A stretch of DNA of 64,000 nucleotides, taken from the IMG/VR virus record IMGVR_UViG_2908273394_000001, positions 1 through 64,000 of that record; one strand, written 5' to 3'. Below are positions 38,939 through 48,846 of this stretch, piece after piece (within the stretch, counting starts at the first letter, position 1; the number at the start of each line of letters is the position of its first letter). The stretch comes from a virus. Lineage: Duplodnaviria; Caudoviricetes. A program made the translations under genes and the position numbers. Under the pieces are notes generated by a model. The model had not been told where the DNA came from and searched no databases. It saw nothing but the letters and a program-made list of their open reading frames with translations.

Positions 38939-40789
38939 ATGGCGGCCGACACCGCCCCCGCAGCGGTACCCGACCCCACCGACCGGACCCAGCAGGCCGC
39001 CCAGCCCGGCCTGCTTGCCTCCATGCTCGCCCCGGTCGAGCCCGCCCGGCCGGCCGCCTTCCACATCGAACCCGCCACCGCCGAAGGCGCCGCCCCGCAC
39101 GACGTGGCCGGCACCTCCAGCGCTGCGTTCCACGGCGACGACAACACCCCGGAAAAAACCCAGAATTCCCCGGGGATTCCCGGAAGAAGGAAAGCGTCGT
39201 ACGGGCCTGGTTGTTAGCTGGTGCCGAGCGGTGGAAAAAGGGCGCGGGCGCCAACATTAAGCGCCTCGAAGTTGAGAAAGCGCGCGCGATGGCGCAGCAG
39301 GTCAAAGAATCCCGGACGGTCAACCGGACGGAGAAGAACGAGTCGAAGTCCGCCCCCGCTCCCGCTCCCAAGGGCCCTGCCGGCGGCAGTGCCGGCGCGT
39401 CGAAGGGGCCGGTGAAGCCGAAGGACACCGGCAGCGTCCGGGGCCCGAAGAACACGACGCCCGCCGGTGGGGGAGCGGCCCGTACAAAAACGCCCGCGCC
39501 CGCGCCGAGCCCCGCCCACTCCAAGACCACGCCCGCCCCAAGCAGCCGAAGTCCCCCGCCCCGACAAGCCGAGCAGCACGTCGACCAGCTCGAAGCGTGA
39601 CGCCGGACTCGACAAGCCCAAGAAGACCGACAGCAGCACCCCCGGGAAGGACCGCAGCCGGACGGGCAACGGACCCGCTACCGGAGGCCCGGACACCAGC
39701 TCCACGACACGGAAGGCCAGCAGCGGTTCCGCCACCCTGGCCAAGGACGGCAAGACGCCCGCGCCCAAGGACAAGCCGGCCAAGCAGGAGAAGGTCAGCC
39801 TGACGAAGCGCGCCAAGAAGCCGTCCCCCACCGGCCCCGCCCCCACCCCGGCCGGCACGGCACCGAAAGACCCCAAGACCACCAAGGCGCAGGACGGCCC
39901 GAGCGCGAAGAAGCCCACCCCGAACACCGACACCACCAAGCCCAAGAAGGACGGCCCGGACCCCGCCAACGGCCCGCACGCCGACACAAAGAAGCCGGAC
40001 GCCACCAAGGGAACAGGCACCACGGCCAAGGACCCGAAGCCGACCAGCAACAAGCGCATCGAGGGCCACGACGGCACCGCCCCCGCCGGGAAACCGCTCG
40101 GGACCCGCACCTCGCGGGAAACCGGCTACCGCGACGGTACCCGCGCAGCCCGGGCAGCCGCCCACGTCCAGGCCTACCGCGACGGCGTGAAAGACGGCTG
40201 GGCCGACACCCAAGAAGCCGCCCAACGCGAGAAGACGGCCCTCGACACCGCCCACGCCGCCCGTAAGCAGCAGCGAGACAAGGAACCCGCCGTGCCCCCC
40301 ACCCCGGCCGCCCCGCCCAAGCCCACCCGCGCCCCCGCCACACCGATCACCGTCACCGGCATCGACGCCACCAGCGTCCACCTCGGCGACGGCGCCACCC
40401 GCACGTCCCTGACCCGCGGCGAGGTCCGCACCCTCAAAGGCTTCGAGCGCCGCCTCGAGGACAAGCAGCGCACCATGCAGACCATCGCCGAGCAGACCAA
40501 AGGACTCGAGGCGCACGCCGCCCGGCAGGCCGAGAAAGTCACCCAGCTCCTGGAAGCCGCGAAGGGCGTGAAGGGCGGCGAGAAACTCGTCGCGACCCTC
40601 GTGAAGCTCGAGGAGGCCGCGAAGACACAGACCGCGCAGGCCACCGAGATCACCAAGCGGGCTGTCCGCGCCGCCGACGCCACCGCCGCCGTCCACACCA
40701 ACGCCCGAACCCGGTACGGCGCCATCTACCAGGCCGTCGTCGACTCCGACGAGACCAAGCCCGCCGAGCTCCACTTCTACAAGGGATAA
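38939..40789 (+). CDS. Large Pro/Lys-rich transfer-region protein (frameshifts near 39150 and 39540)
   Basis: Three overlapping ORFs joinable: MAADTAP..., RAWLLAGAERWKKG..., SRETGYRDG...RYGAIYQAVVDS. Confidence 0.6.
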
Positions 40790-40794
40790 CCGCA

Positions 40795-41175
40795 ATGGCC
40801 GACCTGACCTACCGCCAGCTCCGCACGGCCGTCGCCGAACTCGAGCAGAGTGTCACCCGCTCCGCCGACGCGATCCGCGCCAAGGCGCAGTGGATCGACG
40901 AGGAAGCCCAGGACACCTCTCAGGTCGCCGAAATGATCGCCACCAAGAGCGTCGACCGGAACACCGTCGGCGAGACTCACGCCCTCGCGCGCATCATGCG
41001 CGGCCTCTCGGACGCCGTCATCGCCTACGCCTCCGCCGGTGACACCACCGCCAAGGCCGCGCAGGCCGTCGGGGACCAGGCCCGCCTCACGCACGACGGC
41101 ATCAACGAGCAGGTGTCCCGCTCGAGCGTCGACCGCATCCACGACGTCCACCGCGACTGGTTCGAGCAGGAATAG
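40795..41175 (+). CDS. Small helical protein preceding traB (TraA-like position)
   Basis: Clean ORF; MADLTYRQL. Confidence 0.7.
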   Translation: MADLTYRQLRTAVAELEQSVTRSADAIRAKAQWIDEEAQDTSQVAEMIATKSVDRNTVGETHALARIMRGLSDAVIAYASAGDTTAKAAQAVGDQARLTHDGINEQVSRSSVDRIHDVHRDWFEQE

Positions 41176-41266
41176 CCCCCGCACCACCAAGGCCGGGGCC
41201 AGGCCGCCACTCCCACCGGCCCCGGTCCTCCCCGCACCCCCGCCCCTCAACTGTCTGGAGACCGCC

Positions 41267-43560
41267 GTGAACCACACCACCGCCACCGCCGTGCGCTCCG
41301 CGTCCAGCACTGAGCGCGCCGTCGCCCTCGCGACCACCGCCGCCCCGATCGTCACCGGCATCGGAGCGCCGTTCCTCGACGGAGGTGCCGCGTTCACCGC
41401 CACCATCGCCTACGGCGTCGGCGCCGGGTTCCTCGCCGCGAACTACATGCAACGCCTGCCCGACCACCTCCTCGCGCAGATCCCCGGCGCGGACATCATC
41501 CGCGGCCACAGCACCACCCTGTTCACTTCCACCCTCACCACCGGCATCGCCCTCGGCATCGGAACACTCGGCGGCCCCCTCTACACCGACGCCCTCATGG
41601 CCGGCGTCCTCACGATGCCGTCCATCCCCGGCATCGTCTCCCTCGGCTGGTGGGCCGCCGTCGCTCTCGTCCCCTTCAAACTCCGCCGCATCCTGCGCCG
41701 CCCCCGCCCGCCCATCCCGCCCCACCACGGGCCCGCGCCCTACGGCACACCGCCCGGCACCCACACGCTGAACGTCCCCCTCACCGACGCCCAGCGGATC
41801 GCCCAAGCCTGGGGAACCCACATCTCCCACCCCACCCACGGCGCCCACCGCGGACAGGTACTCACCCTGCGCACCCTCACCCCGGAACGCTGGACCGGCA
41901 CCATCACCGCCCCCATCGGCAACTCCGTCAACGTCAGCAAGAGCACCATCTCCAGCGTCTACCAGGTCCCCGCCGACTGGATCACCCTCACGCCCGGCGA
42001 CCACGCCGGCGAGCAGCACATCACCGTCAACGTCACCCCACCCGCCACCCTCGACCCCACAACCCTCGCCGGCGCCTGGGCCAAGTACGTCGCCCCCCGC
42101 GTCATGAAGGGCTCCCATCTCGAAGACATCCAGACCGACCCGGCCACGGGCGGAGAAGTCGCCGTCGTCGTCGCCGACGAAGACCAGACCCGGCTCACCA
42201 CCCCCAGCCAGGAAGACCTCGCCGGAGCACTACGCACCAACACCCTCCTGTGCTCCTACGCACCCACCCCCGGCAACCCCCGCCGCGGCACGATCCGCCT
42301 GATGAAGCACAACCCACTCGAGGACGGCACCCCGTTCCCCGGCACCCACGTCCTGAAGATCTCCGAAGGCGGCTACGTCGAAATCGGCCGCCACGTCTCC
42401 GGATTCCCCGCCCGCGTCCAGTTCACCGACCCCATCCTCGGCGCCCGACACCTGTTCATCGCCGGCGTCACCGGCTCCGGCAAGGGCGGCCTCGTCCAGA
42501 TCGTCGCCCTCGCAGACCACGTCAACGGCCACGCCATCATCTACGGCGACCCCAAGGGCTCCTCCAACCCCGACGTCGAGACCATGGCCTGCTACTCCGG
42601 CCTCGGCGAAGCCGGAATCATGGGCGCCCTCCGCGTCGGCTACGGCCTTCTGCGCTGGCGGATCGAAGAGTCAGCCCGCCTGAAGATGAAGAACTTCATC
42701 GCCACCCCCGACCGGCCCTGGGTCCGCATCATCATCGACGAAGCACACGTCCCCCTATCCGAAATGGTCGAGCACAGCAAAGAAGCCAAGATCATCGTGG
42801 AGGCCTTCGCCGCGAAAGCCCGCTCCCTCGGCATCATCCTCACCGTCGTCAACCAGGCCGTGAACGCCGACAAGCTCGGCGGCTCCACCGCCCTGCGCAC
42901 CAACGTCATCCAGGGCGGATCCCTCGTCATGCTCCGCACCGACTCAGACCAGGCCCACCTCGCCACCACCGGCTTCGAAGGCATCGACCCCGGCAAGATC
43001 CCCGCCTCCTGGGACGTCGACCGGCCCCTGGTCTACGACGAGAGCGTTAGGCTCGCCGACCCCCGCTCCACCTTCGGACTCGGCTACACCCTCGGCCCCG
43101 GCGGCGCCGCCGAAATGATGCGCACCTTCATCCTTGAGTCCGCCGCCCCCTACATCGACGAGAACGCGATCGCCTACCCAGCGGACTGGCCGGACTGGGA
43201 CAACCGCCACGAGATCGCCGCCACCTCCATCCTCGGCGACGACGACGAGACCGGCGACGCCATCTTCGACATCAGCAGCCTCCCCCCGGCCCCGAAGAAG
43301 CCGGCCAGTGCCGACGACAAGATCCTCACCGTGCTCAGCCAGCTCGCCGACCCGCTCGGCATCGAAGTCAACTACACGCACAAGGACCAGATCTCCGAGG
43401 CGACCGGCATCGAAGGATCCACCCTCGACAACGCACTGTCCCGCCTCACCAAGGCCGGGAAGATTCACCGGCAGATCGAGAACGGCAAGGAAGTCCGCGG
43501 CTGGTACGGATACGGACCCACCCCGAACCCGAGCACGCAGCCGACGACGAGACCGAGTAG
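41267..43560 (+). CDS. traB: TraB-like FtsK/SpoIIIE conjugative DNA translocase
   Basis: N-terminal TM helices, Walker A GVTGSGKG, Walker B IIIDEAH, C-terminal wHTH; stop inferred at 43560 assuming a 1-nt loss near 43520. Confidence 0.82.
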
Positions 43561-43915
43561 GAACCACCCCCATGCCCCGCCCCACACTCCCCGAGCCGGA
43601 CCCCGACACCATCACCCTCCGACTCCCCGACGGAACCCTCGTCGTCGCCCGCCTCGACCCCACCACCACCGACAGCCCCCTACGACGCGCCCTCCACGCC
43701 GCCCAGCACCCACCTGCCAGGGACTGAAGCGACTCAACCTCCAAACCCGGTCGACGAACCAGCGGGGGATAGCGGCTCAGACAAACAGCCGTCCATCCGC
43801 CACCATGAACACACAGGCCCGGCCCGGGAGAACCAGCGTCCCCCCGCCCTCCCCAGCCCGCCCCAGGCCCCGTGCCCCACCAGGACACGGGGCCCACCCA
43901 TACCCAGGAGACCCG

Positions 43916-44197
43916 ATGCACCGACCCCTCAACACCGGCGATGTCATCCACGGATTCGCCTACGGCGCCTTCGGACGCGACCACTACCACTGCGTCCGCA
44001 TCGAAGCCATCGGCCCCGACTGGATCGTCGCCCGCGACCCCAACCGCGACGACGAAGGCCACCCCAGCTTCACCTCCGGCCCCCGAGCCCTGAAGCTATG
44101 CCAGGAAGCCCGCGACGAACCCTGCCCCAACGACGACCCATGCCCCCTCTCACAAACCGCAGACGCCCCTCTCACCGCCTACGAGCGCATCCCCTGA
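43916..44197 (+). CDS. Hypothetical protein
   Basis: AGGAG RBS; GDVIHGFAYGAFGRDHY...RIEAIGPDWIVAR. Confidence 0.7.
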   Translation: MHRPLNTGDVIHGFAYGAFGRDHYHCVRIEAIGPDWIVARDPNRDDEGHPSFTSGPRALKLCQEARDEPCPNDDPCPLSQTADAPLTAYERIP

Positions 44198-44230
44198 ACC
44201 GGGACCGGTCCTGCGGCTCCTCGCGCGCGT

Positions 44231-44265
44231 GAGGGCCCGCCCCTGTGGATCGGTGGCGGGCCCTC
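44231..44265. terminator. Stem-loop between convergent genes
   Basis: GAGGGCCCGCC...GGCGGGCCCTC. Confidence 0.6.
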
Positions 44266-44279
44266 GGCATGCGCGGGGG

Positions 44280-44481
44280 TCAGTCAATGAACGAGCCGTC
44301 CCGGCGTCGCTGATGCCGCGACAGGAGATGCTTGCACTGCGGGCAGTGCCGCATCATCCCCCGCTTGATCGCGAAGCTGATGAAACACGTCATCAGGTGG
44401 AGGAACCCCATCGTGAGGCTCAGGCCGGCCCGGCTTCCTCCGGGCATGGTGCACGTTCTGCAGTCGCGGCATCCCGCCATA
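44280..44481 (-). CDS. Small Cys-rich membrane protein
   Basis: MAGCRDCRTC...hydrophobic stretch...CPQCKHLLSRH; start approximate. Confidence 0.5.
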
Positions 44482-44662
44482 GGTCCCCACCCCTTTTTCG
44501 AGCTTGCGGAAGCGTCAGCGTAGGGGAGGGGTGTTCGGTGCGGGGGAAGAATCGGATCAACGAGGCGGGCCTGGTGGCCAGCTGGTGGGTGTGCCGGGGC
44601 GTGGGATGGTCCGCCGGCGCTGTTCGGATGGCTCTGTGCGAGCCCCCGGGCCACTGTCTGCT

Positions 44663-44869
44663 CTACGCGTCCCCGGGCCTTTTCGGCAGCTCCGCTCCTG
44701 GTCGACCTACGAACCACTCCCACAGTTGGCGCGTTACGCCACTCCGGTCGCTGCCCGAGGAGGCGGCTGCGTCATCGAACTCTTCTGTCAGCGCGTCATC
44801 GATCCCTCGTAGGACGCGTTGCTTGTGACGGTGGCGGTGCTGCTTGCGGCGTTCCTCTTCACTCGGCAT
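44663..44869 (-). CDS. Ribbon-helix-helix-like small regulator
   Basis: RVLRGIDDALTEEF...DRSGVTRQLWEWFV...LPKRP. Confidence 0.65.
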   Translation of the reverse strand: MPSEEERRKQHRHRHKQRVLRGIDDALTEEFDDAAASSGSDRSGVTRQLWEWFVGRPGAELPKRPGDA

Positions 44870-44884
44870 AGGACAATCATCGCG

Positions 44885-44936
44885 GGTGGCTTGCCACCAG
44901 TCAAAGGGTGGGGAATCATTATGGTGGCAAGCCACC
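44885..44936. promoter_or_regulatory. Twin GGTGGC-N2-GCCACC operators between divergent genes
   Basis: GGTGGCTTGCCACC 44885-44898 and GGTGGCAAGCCACC 44923-44936. Confidence 0.65.
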
Positions 44937-44953
44937 GTGATGAAGGGAGCCCC

Positions 44954-45451
44954 ATGCAGGGGTACAGCCGCTGCGCATCCACGTCCTGCTGGGCACAGGC
45001 AGCTGAGTTCGTCGCTGGCGTTCCGCTCTGCTCCATGTGCAAAGCTGCGGTAGCGAAAGCGCTCCGCATAGGCCAGAGCGCGGGCAAAAGGAACGCCGGT
45101 AGCAACAACCTGATCCGCCAGACCTATGCGGCCTCGCTACCCCAGCACAGCGACGGCATCGTCTACTACGTCACTTGGCGGGCGAACGACGAGCACGTAA
45201 AGATCGGCACCACCACAAACGCCAAGCAGCGATTCACGGCCCTGTCTCAGATGGGCACACTGCGCTTCCTTGTTGCAGAGCCAGGAGGGACGGCCGAAGA
45301 GCTCGTGCGGCACCACCAGTTCGCGCACCTCCGTAAGGAGAACACCGAGCTGTTCCGCTACACGGACGAGATCATCGACCACATCGCCGAGCTGCGGAAG
45401 CGGTACCCGTACTACCGGGACCTCGCCGAAGTCGGCCGCTTGTACGACTAG
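44954..45451 (+). CDS. GIY-YIG/T5orf172-like protein with N-terminal Zn motif
   Basis: VYYV...VKIGTTTN...RF...EPGG...E...HHQFAHLR...ELF. Confidence 0.75.
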   Translation: MQGYSRCASTSCWAQAAEFVAGVPLCSMCKAAVAKALRIGQSAGKRNAGSNNLIRQTYAASLPQHSDGIVYYVTWRANDEHVKIGTTTNAKQRFTALSQMGTLRFLVAEPGGTAEELVRHHQFAHLRKENTELFRYTDEIIDHIAELRKRYPYYRDLAEVGRLYD

Positions 45452-45469
45452 CGACCTGTAGGGGGAGAT

Positions 45470-45859
45470 GTGAGCACCGACCCGAACCGTATGACCGGCG
45501 CCGACTGGATCGCCGAGAGCCGTCACGCCTACTGCATCGCCATGGCCGCCCGGATGGAGACCGCCCGGGCGGAAGCCACCGCGCGCGGCGACCGCGACGC
45601 CGCCCGGCGCCGGGACTTGCTCAGGACTCTGTTCACCGCCGAGACCCGGAACATCGTCACCGGGGAACCGAAGAGGATCGTTCCCGACGAGGAAGCGGTA
45701 CGGCTTCGGGTAGCGGAGGACGAGGAGCGCGCGTCCCAAGAGCATGCTGCGTACCTGGCGGCGGCCCGCAAGCGCCTCGGGCTGGACCCCCCGCGAGCGA
45801 ACCCATCCGCCTACCGCCCGTACCGTGGCGGGCTCCCCACGCTCGGGAAACACCGCTGA
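45470..45859 (+). CDS. Hypothetical protein
   Basis: GGGGAG RBS; ends GGLPTLGKHR. Confidence 0.6.
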   Translation: MSTDPNRMTGADWIAESRHAYCIAMAARMETARAEATARGDRDAARRRDLLRTLFTAETRNIVTGEPKRIVPDEEAVRLRVAEDEERASQEHAAYLAAARKRLGLDPPRANPSAYRPYRGGLPTLGKHR

Positions 45860-45870
45860 CGGAGACCGGC

Positions 45871-46239
45871 CTACGGCCGCCACTCGTCCCGGTAGTCGCT
45901 GTGGTCGGCGTACGGGAGGGCGAGCAGGCGCAGCGTCGCGCAGGGGTAGTACGACTGGCTGACCCCGCCGAAGTCGCACTCCCTGCAAAAATCGGTGCTG
46001 TAGCCCGACTCCAGTGACTCCTGGTGCAGATCTACGATGCGCCGCTTGGCGTCGACCTCGGCGAGGACGCGAGAGGGGGACCAGGCTGAGCGTCTCCACT
46101 CGGGCGTCTTCACCGTGTCCTCTACCCACTGTCCTCGGATCATCCGCCGGGTTACTGTCGTCCGCCTCAAAGCGTCTTCCGCCGCGCGCTGCTCTTCGTC
46201 AAGACAAGTGTTGAGGAACTGCACGAGATCGTCGGTCAC
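45871..46239 (-). CDS. DUF6221-like protein (paralog 3)
   Basis: LVQFLN...RVLAEVDAKRRIV...LRLLALPYADHSDYRDEWRP. Confidence 0.8.
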   Translation of the reverse strand: MTDDLVQFLNTCLDEEQRAAEDALRRTTVTRRMIRGQWVEDTVKTPEWRRSAWSPSRVLAEVDAKRRIVDLHQESLESGYSTDFCRECDFGGVSQSYYPCATLRLLALPYADHSDYRDEWRP

Positions 46240-46631
46240 GGCCGCCACTCTTCGCGGTAGTCGGGGTGGTCGGCGTATGGCAGGGCGAGGAACTCCAGCG
46301 CGGTACGCAGGGAGCTGACGGAGCCGGTCAGCCGGTCGTAGGAGACCATGGCGGGCCCGCTGTTCTGGAACTCGGCGACCGCACGTTCGTAGGCGTTGGC
46401 CACCTCGCGTTTGGCGTCGACCTCGGCGAGGACGCGGGTCGGGTCGTGGCGGACGATGTGGTCAGCGATGCCGGTCCAGTTCGCGGAGGCGCACTCTTCT
46501 GCGCGGTCGCCTTCGGTGGCAACGATCACGCCGGTCTCCCCGATCTGTCGGAAGCTATCGCCCGCTCGGCGGGCAGCGCGCTCGTCCTCGTCGAGGCGGT
46601 CGTTGAGGAACTGCACCAGAGCGTTGATCAC
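46236..46631 (-). CDS. DUF6221-like protein (paralog 2)
   Basis: LVQFLNDRLDEDE...HDPTRVLAEVDAKR...LALPYADHPDYREEWRP. Confidence 0.8.
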   Translation of the reverse strand: MINALVQFLNDRLDEDERAARRAGDSFRQIGETGVIVATEGDRAEECASANWTGIADHIVRHDPTRVLAEVDAKREVANAYERAVAEFQNSGPAMVSYDRLTGSVSSLRTALEFLALPYADHPDYREEWRP

Positions 46632-47119
46632 GGCCGCCACGCGTCCTGGTAGTCGGCGTGGTCGGCGTACGGTAGCGCCAAGAGGCGCAGGACCCATTCC
46701 GAAGTCACTGCCGGTGCCGGGACCCGCCCCACATGCACCCACTTGCCGTCACGTTCCTCCATCAGCGAGACCCAGCGCGCACCGTCTTCCTCCCACGCGG
46801 GCCCCAACGAGCGGAGGGCGCAGGATCCACTGAACGAATGCTCGCTCCGCCTGCCGCAGGCAGGCGGACAATCGACAGCCGAAGCCTCGACCAGCCGCCG
46901 CTTGGCGTCGACCTCGGCCAGCACCCGCGCGGGGTGCTGGTGGGCGATGAACGCGGCGTCGCCCGGTTCCAGCGGTCCGACGGTGCGGTGGTGGTAGCCG
47001 GGCGGTGTCACGAACTCTCGGCTCCACACCCACTCGCCCTGCGTCGCTGCGCGGGCGATCTGCTCGTCGTCGTCGAGGCGGTCGTTGAGGAATCGTGTCA
47101 GGGCAGGGGTGTCGGTCAT
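46628..47119 (-). CDS. DUF6221-like protein (paralog 1)
   Basis: FLNDRLDDDE...PARVLAEVDAKRR...LRLLALPYADHADYQDAWRP. Confidence 0.8.
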   Translation of the reverse strand: MTDTPALTRFLNDRLDDDEQIARAATQGEWVWSREFVTPPGYHHRTVGPLEPGDAAFIAHQHPARVLAEVDAKRRLVEASAVDCPPACGRRSEHSFSGSCALRSLGPAWEEDGARWVSLMEERDGKWVHVGRVPAPAVTSEWVLRLLALPYADHADYQDAWRP

Positions 47120-47135
47120 GGCCTCATTGTTCCGC

Positions 47136-48815
47136 TCACGCCGCCACTGCATCCCCCTGCTCCTCCAGGCTGTCGTCCTGGGCGTCCGCGCTGTCGGTGT
47201 CGTCTTCCTCGCTGTCCGGGGCCTGGCCGCCGCCAGTGTTGAACGGGTCCCCGGCCGGCAGCGGGTTCGCCGACTGCTTGTCCTGCCGTATCCGCGCGAC
47301 CTCGGCCTTGACTTCGTCGTCGTCCCAGTCCGGGTGCAGCGTCTTCACCTTCATCCACGTGGAGATCGCCCCAGCGGTCTCCAGCAGCGACAGGGTCCGC
47401 GCGGTGGCCTCCGGGTCCGGCTGCACAGCCTGCGGCCACGACGCGGTCAGCTCGACCGTCGGGTCGACGCCTTTCGCGCCGCAGTGGGTGACGTCGACCC
47501 ACAGCATCGTCGTGAGGATCTCCAGGAGCGCCGGCCGCTGGTACAGGATTTTCAGGCCCCGGGTGGTGAGGGACTCCTCCTTACGGGCGGCGACCTCCGT
47601 TGCCGTGACTGCGACGGTGCCCTCGTCCCCGAAAGACTGGGCGGAGTACCCGGCGCTGGAGAGGATCTGACGGCGCAGCGCCGTGCACGTCCGCTCATGC
47701 TCCTCGACACGGATGTCGAACTGGTTCATCGCGAGGGATGCCGCGCCGGCGCCTTCGTCGAGCATGTTCAGCTGCACGAACACCTCCCGGTCCAGGTCGA
47801 ACATGCCGCCCGACCCGGGCCCGTCGGTCTCCAGCATCGACTGCGGCAGCATGATCCGTGCCTTGCCCAGGCGCAGGTCCCGCATCCACGACGTCCATGC
47901 TTCGTCCAGTGACCCCATCAACGGTTCGATCCCGGCGAAGTCCGAGCGGCCGAACGGCTTGGCGTCCGGCAGATGCGACCACATACGGGACGGGCCGACG
48001 TTCGGCACGTACGACACCAGCAACCGGCTGATCCCCGTGTCCTGCCGGCCCTGGTCGTCGACCCGGCCCACCAGGTACTCGGCCTCCGGATGGTCCGACA
48101 GGGCCATCATCATGCCGAGAGTGTCAGCCTTCCCCTTGTACAGGCCGTACTCGATGCTCCCGGGCTCGTGACGCTCCAACAGCCGCCACACCTCCCCGCC
48201 ACCGTTCAGGGGCTCCAGCTCCCGCCACACCGTCGCCGCGGACAGGATGTTCCACTTCCACTCCGGGACGACCGCGTCCGGCTCCAGGATGTCGAGCCAC
48301 GGCCGCGGCCGCAGCGCCTTGTCCCACACCACCCGCACGTACGCCCCGGTCAGCGCTGAGGCGGTCTCCGACCCTTCCCGGAGGGTGGCGTGCCCCCGGT
48401 CATCGAGGTACCGCTTGATCTGATCCGTCGTCGCCGCGTGCGCCGTCTTGTCGGTGGAGTCGCCGTCCACGGACACGGTCGGGATGTCCGCCCACAGCAG
48501 GTTCGCCGACAGCTCGGCAATGTCGGCGGCGATCGGCACGTGCAGCTTCGCCGCCGGCTGCCCCGGCGTGACCGGCTCACCCCAGAACATCCTCGCCAGG
48601 CCGCCGACGAGCCCGCCCCGGAACTGTGAGGGCCGGTTCAGCTCGAAGAACTCACGCGCACGCGGATCCTGCCCGTACGTGCCGGGCCCGCCGTACACCT
48701 GCGCCAGGTGCCCGGTGTCACCCGTGTACCAGGCACGCCACACGTCGATGTCGGCGAACGGCTCGGTGAACTGGACCGGCGGCCACGGGGTCTTCCCGGA
48801 CGGCGGCAGCGGCAT
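47136..48815 (-). CDS. Phage portal protein (SPP1/A118-like)
   Basis: Follows terL; KLHVPIAADIA, GRSDFAG, TATEV; size about 560 aa. Confidence 0.85.
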   Translation of the reverse strand: MPLPPSGKTPWPPVQFTEPFADIDVWRAWYTGDTGHLAQVYGGPGTYGQDPRAREFFELNRPSQFRGGLVGGLARMFWGEPVTPGQPAAKLHVPIAADIAELSANLLWADIPTVSVDGDSTDKTAHAATTDQIKRYLDDRGHATLREGSETASALTGAYVRVVWDKALRPRPWLDILEPDAVVPEWKWNILSAATVWRELEPLNGGGEVWRLLERHEPGSIEYGLYKGKADTLGMMMALSDHPEAEYLVGRVDDQGRQDTGISRLLVSYVPNVGPSRMWSHLPDAKPFGRSDFAGIEPLMGSLDEAWTSWMRDLRLGKARIMLPQSMLETDGPGSGGMFDLDREVFVQLNMLDEGAGAASLAMNQFDIRVEEHERTCTALRRQILSSAGYSAQSFGDEGTVAVTATEVAARKEESLTTRGLKILYQRPALLEILTTMLWVDVTHCGAKGVDPTVELTASWPQAVQPDPEATARTLSLLETAGAISTWMKVKTLHPDWDDDEVKAEVARIRQDKQSANPLPAGDPFNTGGGQAPDSEEDDTDSADAQDDSLEEQGDAVAA

Positions 48816-48846
48816 GACGATCACTCCACTTCGTTACGAACAGGGG

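Noticed and set aside
39148-39160. Programmed frameshift at GGAAAAAAC
   Set aside because: Not a canonical in-frame X XXY YYZ heptamer, and many similar indels occur window-wide; assembly error is simpler.
43510-43700. TraB clt 8-bp repeat array downstream of traB
   Set aside because: Only loose CCCGA/GACCC words are visible, with no regular exact repeats.
43812-43895. C-rich tract as another 6C-like RNA
   Set aside because: Stems around the C-runs are weak; only the last hairpin is clear.
41039-44197. 1052-aa TraB fusion in the ORF track
   Set aside because: The segment after about 43520 is low-complexity off-frame sequence and 43916 has its own RBS and start; likely read-through caused by an indel.
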